Virus record (IMG/VR): IMGVR_UViG_3300025875_000009
Direction: 5' to 3' (one strand)
Length of the DNA stretch: 64,000 nt
Source: an uncultured virus (IMG/VR IMGVR_UViG_3300025875_000009)
Lineage: Duplodnaviria > Heunggongvirae > Uroviricota > Caudoviricetes
The notes beneath the pieces are model-generated. The model was not told where the DNA came from. It saw only the letters and a list, made by a program, of their open reading frames with translations, and made no database searches. A program made the translations under genes and the position numbers. Numbering within the stretch: position 1 is the first letter of the stretch; every line of letters starts with the position of its first letter. Below, in pieces: positions 56,996 through 64,000 of this stretch.

Positions 56996-56996
56996 G

Positions 56997-57152
56997 TCAG
57001 ACTCCGGTGGGTGGCTTGGGGTTCGCACCGGCCAGCGCCAGTGCGCCGCCAGCGATGAAGAGGAAGAGGCCGAACCAGACCCCTTGGGTCCAGAGGCCGT
57101 AGCCGATGATCGCGATGAACAAGCCGTGCGCGATCGCCCGCGGGTTACTCAC
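56997..57152 (-). CDS. Small membrane protein (51 aa, not in ORF track)
   Basis: MSNPRAIAHGLFIAIIGYGLWTQGVWFGLFLFIAGGALALAG...; fills gap between genes. Confidence 0.45.
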   Translation of the reverse strand: MSNPRAIAHGLFIAIIGYGLWTQGVWFGLFLFIAGGALALAGANPKPPTGV

Positions 57153-57666
57153 GGTACGGCTCGATCAATTCGAGGAAACGGTGCTTGTCGGCGTCGGGCA
57201 CGAGGCTCTCGACGATGCCGAGGATCACGGTCTGGAAATCGCTCATGCGCTTCACGTTGAAGTGGCGTTCCTGCATCTTGAGCAGCTGCTCATTGAGCGA
57301 CGCCTTGACCTTCACGATCTGGATGCGCTCGGACGTCTCCAGCTTCTCGTCCTCGCCGGTGCCCATGTCGTTGAGCTGCTTGAGCAGCGCCGCAATGTTC
57401 TCGCGGACCTTGTCCATATCCTCTTCGGACAGAGCGATGTCCTTGGTCGGACGACCGCGCTTGGCCGGGCCGGCAGTGGCCGGCACCTCGACCTTCACCT
57501 CCTTCTCGATGATCTTCGGCTCGAACAGCTTGGCCAGCACGCGCTTGGCCTCGTTGTCATAGGGAGAAGCGTCGAGGAAGTCGGGGTCGAGGTCGACCCG
57601 CTCCTTCAGATCGGCGAGGGACGCGAGCACTCCGGCTCGCAGCGGAGGAAAGGTGAAGTCGGTCAT
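57145..57666 (-). CDS. Hypothetical coiled-coil protein divergent from large terminase (possible small terminase)
   Basis: 173 aa, KRGRP basic motif, helical; role inferred from position only. Confidence 0.45.
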   Translation of the reverse strand: MTDFTFPPLRAGVLASLADLKERVDLDPDFLDASPYDNEAKRVLAKLFEPKIIEKEVKVEVPATAGPAKRGRPTKDIALSEEDMDKVRENIAALLKQLNDMGTGEDEKLETSERIQIVKVKASLNEQLLKMQERHFNVKRMSDFQTVILGIVESLVPDADKHRFLELIEPYRE

Positions 57667-57799
57667 GGATTACCTAGACCAGTTCTTTCGATTTGGCTCA
57701 ATCCGTTTTTGCCCAAGTTACCCGGTAACTTATCGCCACCGGCTTGGTGGAGCTGCAACCGCTTGAGTTCTGGGATCGCGCCAGTCATGCCCGCGTGCA

Positions 57800-59539
57800 A
57801 TGTTCGAAGACCTGTATCAGGCCGCCAAGCTGCGCTTTGGCTCTGGCGCGTCCACGCAGTCGATGGGCGACTGGATTTGCGCGAACACCACGATCAAGAA
57901 GCGCCCGTTCTCCTATGAGGGCTACCGCTTTCAGGAGGCGATCGCCTCCGACATGCACCCCGATCTCGTCTGCAAGAAGTGCTCGCAGATCGGCCTGACG
58001 GAGGTGCAGCTGCGCAAGTTCCTCGCGATCCTCGCGCGCCACACCGCGATCAACGGCATCTTCTCGCTCCCGAACGAGAAGATGTTCACCAAGGTCTACA
58101 ACGGCCGTCTGAAACCGATCCTCGAAGCGGACGACGTGTTCAATCCGCCGAACCTCAACGGCTCCAAGCCGACGCGGTCGAAGGACCAGATCCAGATCCG
58201 CGACAGCTTCGGCTACATGACCGCCTGCACCGAGGGCGACGCGACCTCGATCACCGCCGACTTCCTGTTTCACGACGAGCTGGACCTCAGCCCACAGGAA
58301 ATCATCGCGTTGTACCAGTCGCGTCTGCAGAATTCGGACATGAAGATGACGCAGGCGTTCTCGACGCCGACGTTCGTGAATTACGGCATCGACAAGAAGT
58401 ACCGCCTGACCGACCAGCGCGAGTACATCATCAAGTGCGAGGCCTGCAATCATCACCAGATCCCGCGTTTCACGCCAGATTTCGTGGTGCTTAAGTACAT
58501 GCCCGAGGTCGATGACTTCATGAAGATGTCGGCACAGGACGTGGCCAGCCTCGACCTCGAAGGCGCGCACATCGCGTGCGAGAAGTGCCGCCGGCCGCTG
58601 AACCTCGGCGACTGGGAGCGGCGTGAATGGGTCGCGACCTACTCCATGCGCACAGCCTTCCGTGGCTATCAGGTCCGGCCGTTCTCGACCTCGCGCCTGA
58701 AGCCGGCTTACGTCTTCAGCCAGCTGGGCAAGTACCTCGCCGAGGGCTACCCGCGGCGCTTCGCCAATACCGTGCTTGGCGAGGAGTTCACCTCCGAAGA
58801 TGCGCAGGTGCAGGATGCCGACATCGACGCCGCGATGGCGAAGGGCGAGGCTGGCATCCCGACGATCGGCAAAGACATGCCGGTCTACCTCGGGGTAGAC
58901 GTCGGCTTCACCTGCCACATCACGCTGTCAATCGACGACGCAAATGGCCTGCCCCACTTCATCCTGTTCGAGACGGTGCCGGCCGCGCAGCTGGAGAAGC
59001 GGATCGAAGACCTGCGCAAGATCTACACGATCGTGCAGGGCGCGGTCGATCGCTTCCCGTACACGCCGCAGGCCGACGCGCTGCGCGACACGACCAACGG
59101 CCTCGTCGTTCCGATCCAGTATCGCGGCAGTCAGGCGCTGATGCCGAATTTCGAGGGCGATACCAAGATTCTGTCGCACTACAGCGCGAGCCGGACCTCG
59201 ATCCTCGATCGCCTCCTCTGGATGTTTAGCCACAAGGCCATCGGCCTGTCCGGCTATACGAACCAGAAGGAGGTGCTGAAGATCCATCTCAAGGACATGG
59301 TGCGCGACGAGCAATCGCCGGACGTCGAAGCCGAGTGGAAGAAGACCACAGGCAACGACCACTATTTCCACTCGATGGCCTTGAACCTGCTCGCCCGTCG
59401 TGTTTGCGAGCACATGTACCTGCACCAGACCGCCGAGCTTGCGACCACGTCGACGCTGCTCGGCACGGCGTGGGGTGGCATTCACAACCTTGGCCCGACC
59501 TCGCTGAAGGGCCTCCAACGACTTTCGAGGCTCGGCTGA
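57800..59539 (+). CDS. terL: Terminase large subunit (GpA-like)
   Basis: KCSQIGLTE, FHDELD, FSTPT, CEAC/CEKC pairs, NTVLG, GVDVG, DHYFHS. Confidence 0.85.
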   Translation: MFEDLYQAAKLRFGSGASTQSMGDWICANTTIKKRPFSYEGYRFQEAIASDMHPDLVCKKCSQIGLTEVQLRKFLAILARHTAINGIFSLPNEKMFTKVYNGRLKPILEADDVFNPPNLNGSKPTRSKDQIQIRDSFGYMTACTEGDATSITADFLFHDELDLSPQEIIALYQSRLQNSDMKMTQAFSTPTFVNYGIDKKYRLTDQREYIIKCEACNHHQIPRFTPDFVVLKYMPEVDDFMKMSAQDVASLDLEGAHIACEKCRRPLNLGDWERREWVATYSMRTAFRGYQVRPFSTSRLKPAYVFSQLGKYLAEGYPRRFANTVLGEEFTSEDAQVQDADIDAAMAKGEAGIPTIGKDMPVYLGVDVGFTCHITLSIDDANGLPHFILFETVPAAQLEKRIEDLRKIYTIVQGAVDRFPYTPQADALRDTTNGLVVPIQYRGSQALMPNFEGDTKILSHYSASRTSILDRLLWMFSHKAIGLSGYTNQKEVLKIHLKDMVRDEQSPDVEAEWKKTTGNDHYFHSMALNLLARRVCEHMYLHQTAELATTSTLLGTAWGGIHNLGPTSLKGLQRLSRLG

Positions 59540-61044
59540 TGGCAGGTATTCTTGACGGACTGGGACAGGTTCTTCTCCCCAAGGGCAAGGGGCAGAAGGG
59601 TGGCCGCGGCTTCACGCCGACGTTCAACCCGCAGACGCCCACGATCACCGCGCCGCTCTATCGCGAGCATCTGACCGATCTGTATTCGAGCCGGGTGTCG
59701 AACGATGCGCGCGCACTGATCGCGACGCTGTGCAACCAAGACCCCGACATGTCGGCGTCGATCCACGCCTTCCTTACGATCGCCGAGAGCGTCGACCCGG
59801 TGGTCTATGCCTACAACGAGAACGACGAGATCGACGTCGATGGCATCGCGATGGGCCAGCAGCTGCTCGCGCTGCTGACCACGACCAACGACTACACGCT
59901 GGGCTATTCCGCCAAGCCGACGGTTGATGCGCTGTGCAACGAGCACCGGTACATGATCCTGCTCCGGGGCATGACCTCGTGCGAGCTGGTGCTGGACAAG
60001 ACCTACGTGCCAACCGAGCTGCGCACGATCGACCCGGCGACGCTGGAATGGGCCGAGACGGCGAGCGGCGTGTTCAAGCCGACGCAGAAGCCGACTGGTT
60101 CGAACACGACGATCGACCTGAACATTCCCACGTTCTTCACGTCGTATTTTCACCAGTCGCCGCTGTCGGTCTACAGCTACTCGCCATTCGTGTCCGCGAT
60201 CAACACGATCGCCGCGCGCACCGCGGTCATCAATGACCTGTACCGGATCATGCAGATCGTCGGCTACCCGCGCCTTGATATTCGGGTGCTGGAAGACGTG
60301 CTCGTGTCGAACGCGCCGCCGGCCTTCCGCACCGATCAGACCAAGATCCGGGCCCACGTCGAGGCTGAGCTTCAGCGGGTGCGCGGTGCGATCTCGCAGC
60401 TGGGCAGCGCCGATGCGTTCGTCCACTCGAACGCGATCGAGGCGAAGATCCTCAACGAGAAGAACCCAGCCGCCGGCCTGCAGATTACCGACGTGATCGA
60501 GGTGCTGAATGCCCAGAACCAGGCCGCCTTCAAGGTGATGCCCTCGGTGGTCGGCCGCGGCAGCAACGGTCAGGTCGCTTCGACCGAAGCGCGCCTGTTC
60601 GCGCTGTCAGCGGACGCGCTGAACCGCACCGTCGCCGGTCTGTTCACCAAGTCCTTCACGCTCGCCGCCCGGCTCGCCGGCTACGCGGGCCGGATCGAGG
60701 TGGTCTTCCCGCCCGTCGAGCTGCGCCCGGCGCTGGAGCTGGAGCCGCAGCGCACGATGAAGTCGTCGCGCCTGAAGGGCGACCTGAGCCTCGGCCTCAT
60801 CACCGACATCGAATATTCGATGGAAATGTACGGTCGTCCGCCGCTTCCCGGCGCGCCGCCGCTGTCCGGCACGAACTTCATGCCGAGCACCAACGTGCAG
60901 GTCGAGGCCGCGACGGTCAGCGCCGAGAACGACAGCCTCGGCCGCGGCCTCTCCGGCGAGGGCGGTAACGGCGTCGCCAAGGACAACGCAGCCAAGGGCG
61001 GTGGCGGCGGCGCAGCCAGTCCCTCGTCGCGGACGGCACGCTAA
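59539..61044 (+). CDS. Portal protein
   Basis: About 500 aa, TGATG-coupled to terminase, upstream of protease and capsid. Confidence 0.75.
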   Translation: MAGILDGLGQVLLPKGKGQKGGRGFTPTFNPQTPTITAPLYREHLTDLYSSRVSNDARALIATLCNQDPDMSASIHAFLTIAESVDPVVYAYNENDEIDVDGIAMGQQLLALLTTTNDYTLGYSAKPTVDALCNEHRYMILLRGMTSCELVLDKTYVPTELRTIDPATLEWAETASGVFKPTQKPTGSNTTIDLNIPTFFTSYFHQSPLSVYSYSPFVSAINTIAARTAVINDLYRIMQIVGYPRLDIRVLEDVLVSNAPPAFRTDQTKIRAHVEAELQRVRGAISQLGSADAFVHSNAIEAKILNEKNPAAGLQITDVIEVLNAQNQAAFKVMPSVVGRGSNGQVASTEARLFALSADALNRTVAGLFTKSFTLAARLAGYAGRIEVVFPPVELRPALELEPQRTMKSSRLKGDLSLGLITDIEYSMEMYGRPPLPGAPPLSGTNFMPSTNVQVEAATVSAENDSLGRGLSGEGGNGVAKDNAAKGGGGGAASPSSRTAR

Positions 61045-61079
61045 TTGACAGTTTCCAATGACCGTGCGATCGAGAGCAA

Positions 61080-61658
61080 ATGGAAGAAACTGCTCTCGAT
61101 CGCCGCCGTCGTCTCGCTCGCGAGAAGCAAGCCCGATATGTAGCCAAGCACCCTGACAGGGTGAAGAAGACACAGGCGGAATATTACGAGCGCAATCGTG
61201 AAGCGCGCCAAGCCGCGGCTCGTGAAGCGGCCAAGACGCGCGAATGGACGCCCGAGCGAAACGCATGGCAGAACGCGCATCGAGCAAAGAACCGCGAGGC
61301 GCAGCGGAGCTATAATCGGGAGTACAAAGCCAAACGTCGGAAGGAAGACCCGCAGTTCGCAATAGCCGAACGGCTTCGCACCCGCCTTTGCCAAGTGCGT
61401 CCCGGTGCACCGGGTTCGGCTGTTCGCGATCTCGGTTGCAGTTTGTCCGAACTGATTGAGCATCTGGAGCGGCAATTTCAGCCGGGCATGACTTGGGACA
61501 ACCGCGGCGCCTGGCACATTGACCACCGCCGGCCGCTTGCGTCCTTTGATCTTCTCGATCGAGTGCAGCTTTTGCAAGCCTGCCACTATACCAATCTCCA
61601 GCCGCTGTGGGCTTTCGATAACCTGTCGAAAGGCAGCAAAATGGTGGTCAGCGGTTGA
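61080..61658 (+). mobile_element. HNH homing endonuclease gene inside the head operon
   Basis: LGCS...HLE.QF..GMTWDN.G.WHIDH..PL...HYTNLQPLW...N..K. Confidence 0.85.
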
Positions 61659-61718
61659 GCCGCTTATCCTAGACCTCGAACGGCTGGTGAAGGCAAGGGC
61701 GGGTCAAGGAGAAGTCCG

Positions 61719-62879
61719 ATTAAGCAGCTGACGATGACCCCGGCCCTTGAGGCCATGATCCGCGCCGCGGTCGGCGAGGACGTCGACACGACCGGCATGG
61801 CCGTGTTCGAGGTCATCGCGCTCAACACCCTCCCGCTGCCCGGTAAGGACGGCACCATCTTCGAGAAGGCGGTCACCATGCCGCTGACGCTGAAGGAGAT
61901 GATGGACTCGATCAACGGCGGGAAGCACATCCCCTTGATCGCCGATCACGAGATGTGGGGCGCGCCCAAGGGCCGCGCCTTCCACGCCGGCCTCGATTAT
62001 GAGGGCGGCGCGATGTCGCTCCGCATGCTGTTCTATCTCGACAGCACCGAGGCAACGCTCATCACCAAGCTCAACGCAGGATCGCTCGACGAAGTGTCGG
62101 TCGCATTCCTGTCGCGCGAGTTCACCTGCTCGGAATGCGGCTGGGATTATTTCTCGTTCGGCGCGCAGGAAAACATCTGGAACCGGACGTGCGGCAATGG
62201 CCACGTCATCGGCCAGAACGGCGTCCACGCCGAAATGACCGGCCTCGATAAGTTCATCGAGCTGTCGTTGGTGGCCCGTGGTGCAGCGGATACCCCTAAG
62301 ATTGTCGGGAAATCCGAGGCAAAGCTCGCGCCCGAAGATGCCCTTCGCCTCGCGGCGAGCGGGTTCACCGAACCAAACGCTCTGGTCGTCCAGGCGTCAC
62401 GAGGGAAAGATACGATGGATCTCACTGCTGCCCTGACCCAGATCAGCACCCTGTCGACCGACAAGGGCACGCTGACCGCCAATCTCGCAACGGTGACCGG
62501 CGAGCGCGACACCGCGCGCAACGACCTCGCGACCCGCACGACCGAGCTGGCGACCGCCAATGCCTCGATCGCGACGCTGACGACCGAGCGTGACAATGCC
62601 CTGTCGGCGAACGGCAATGCGGTGACCGAGGCCACCGAGGCCAAGGCGCTGCTGGGCGAGCAGCTCGACGCGCTCTGCGTCGCGCTGGGCGAGGCGAAGC
62701 TGGAGGGCGACAAGCGCCCGACCACGATCGCCGCGTTCAAGACCGAGATCGAGGCGCGCACGGGCAAGCTGACCGCGATCCTGCCGACCGGCGGGCGCGG
62801 CCAGGGTGCCGGGGGCACCGGCGACGAGACGAAGGCGACTCTGACGGCGAACCCGTCCGCGTTCGCCCTCCGCAAGTAA
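61719..62879 (+). CDS. Prohead protease / scaffold protein
   Basis: DHE..G.P.GR, EVSV, ELSLV..GA in N-half, coiled-coil C-half; start may be ATT 61719 or ATG 61734. Confidence 0.75.
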   Translation: MKQLTMTPALEAMIRAAVGEDVDTTGMAVFEVIALNTLPLPGKDGTIFEKAVTMPLTLKEMMDSINGGKHIPLIADHEMWGAPKGRAFHAGLDYEGGAMSLRMLFYLDSTEATLITKLNAGSLDEVSVAFLSREFTCSECGWDYFSFGAQENIWNRTCGNGHVIGQNGVHAEMTGLDKFIELSLVARGAADTPKIVGKSEAKLAPEDALRLAASGFTEPNALVVQASRGKDTMDLTAALTQISTLSTDKGTLTANLATVTGERDTARNDLATRTTELATANASIATLTTERDNALSANGNAVTEATEAKALLGEQLDALCVALGEAKLEGDKRPTTIAAFKTEIEARTGKLTAILPTGGRGQGAGGTGDETKATLTANPSAFALRK

Positions 62880-62894
62880 CGGAAGGAAGAACAC

Positions 62895-63308
62895 ATGGCT
62901 TACACCCCCAACGGTGTCGTCTCGTACGGTTTCCCCCTCGACGACGACACGTTCACCTACCTCATCACGGGCCTCGCCCAGACCGATGACGCCGCGGCGT
63001 CGGCGGCCGGCAAGGCGGTGACGCAGGACAAGACCAAGGCCGCGGCTGTCAAGCTGGCGGGCGACGGCGACGAGATCTTCGGCCGCGTCTTCCAGGCCGA
63101 GAACCGCGCCGTGCAGGGCTTCATGACCGCCGCGGTGCAGCGCCGGTTCAAGGAGAAGCTGCCGGCCGCTGCCGGACACGGCATCGCGCTGGGCGACTCG
63201 GTCGTCGGTGCGGGCGCGGGTCTGGTCAAGAAGGCCGATGCCGGCGCGGGCCTCCGCACGGTGGTGGTCGAAGTTTTCAACGACGCGGTCGTGGTCGAGC
63301 GGCTTTAA
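62895..63308 (+). CDS. Head decoration / minor capsid protein
   Basis: 137 aa, Ala/Gly-rich, between scaffold and major capsid genes. Confidence 0.65.
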   Translation: MAYTPNGVVSYGFPLDDDTFTYLITGLAQTDDAAASAAGKAVTQDKTKAAAVKLAGDGDEIFGRVFQAENRAVQGFMTAAVQRRFKEKLPAAAGHGIALGDSVVGAGAGLVKKADAGAGLRTVVVEVFNDAVVVERL

Positions 63309-63347
63309 GCCGCTCGACATCGAAATCTCAGAAGGGAATAAACTCAG

Positions 63348-64000
63348 ATGTCCGATCTTCTCGCCATTCTGGCCGGTGCCAAGCCCGCCAACGAGGTTCT
63401 CGCCGGTCTTCGTGACGAGAACATGCAGGCCAGCCTTGCCGCTGGCCAGAAGCTGGTGCAGCAGGCGAAGACCGCTAAGCTGTCCATGCCCGATTATCTT
63501 CGTCTGGCGGTCAAGCCCGACGGCGAGATGAAGCTGGACGGCTTCGAGTGCGCGCTCGCGTATCTGAACCTGCCCATCCGCGAGGACTTCTCCTCGGGTG
63601 TCCTGCTGCAGGCCGCCGCCGAGACGTTCACCACGTTCCCTGGCACGCGCGCCCTGTTCCCGCAGGTCGTCGACAACATCCTGCAGTGGAAGTACCGCCA
63701 GGATCAGATCGAGAACGTCGCCGGCCTCGTGTCGCAGTCGCGCACGGTCAACGGCGTTGAGGTCATCACCCAGGTGGTCGACGACAAGCCGGAGGACTAC
63801 CAGCAGACCGGCGTCATCAACGAGGGTGCCCGCATCCCGATCCGCTCGCTGCGCACCAGCGAGAAGAACGTCAAGTTCTACAAGTTCGGCGGTGGCATCG
63901 AGTTCACCTATGAGTTCGAGCGTCGGGCGAGCCTGGACCTCATCACGCCGTATGCCGCGCGCATGCAGCGCGAGGTCGAGATCGGCCAGACGGCGATCGC
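63348..64000 (+). CDS. Major capsid protein, 3'-truncated by the window edge
   Basis: ATG 63348, open to window end; INEGARIP and KFGGGIEFTYE fit HK97-fold capsids; head-operon position. Confidence 0.8.
   Translation, partial: MSDLLAILAGAKPANEVLAGLRDENMQASLAAGQKLVQQAKTAKLSMPDYLRLAVKPDGEMKLDGFECALAYLNLPIREDFSSGVLLQAAAETFTTFPGTRALFPQVVDNILQWKYRQDQIENVAGLVSQSRTVNGVEVITQVVDDKPEDYQQTGVINEGARIPIRSLRTSEKNVKFYKFGGGIEFTYEFERRASLDLITPYAARMQREVEIGQTAI

Noticed and set aside
54560..57058. 832-aa plus-strand ORF and other long antisense ORFs (16093, 28480, 40610, 6022)
   Set aside because: Shadow frames opposite well-supported genes, expected in high-GC DNA; no motifs or SD.
1..64000. Prophage/lysogeny module, diversity-generating retroelement or alternative genetic code
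   Set aside because: No integrase, CI/Cro pair, reverse transcriptase or host genes; core genes are intact under the standard code.

Overview
The window is about 64 kb of a high-GC, apparently lytic tailed dsDNA phage (siphovirus-like gene content; an alphaproteobacterial host is plausible but is inference only). It begins inside a large tail/host-specificity gene and ends inside the major capsid gene, so most tail-morphogenesis genes lie outside it. A long minus-strand arm (about 5.5-57.7 kb) holds early genes, rIIA/rIIB, ATP-dependent ligase, class II ribonucleotide reductase, SNF2-type helicase, 5'-3' exonuclease, family A DNA polymerase, resolvase, SbcCD-like nuclease, dUTPase, ThyA, several nucleotide hydrolases and a primase-helicase. 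A plus-strand lysis cassette (GH108 endolysin, holin-like proteins, spanins) is embedded in that arm. A plus-strand head module follows (terminase, portal, protease/scaffold, decoration protein, major capsid). No integrase, tRNA or CRISPR array was seen. The most notable unannotated structure: (1) two dispersed palindromic motif families, TTACCCGGYAA (9 copies, mostly upstream of replication genes) and TGGGAAAATTCCCA (9 copies, mostly in the early region), which meet at an origin-like locus (51771-52054) with 18-bp tandem repeats and nested inverted repeats; (2) ten free-standing HNH/EndoVII homing-endonuclease genes, mostly antisense, with shuffled domains and stereotyped expression signals, six of them apparently leaderless; (3) a probable ATT start plus nested scaffold start in the prohead protease gene, a stand-alone DnaA domain-IV protein and a 28-aa acidic early peptide. 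All calls are by eye; no searches were run.
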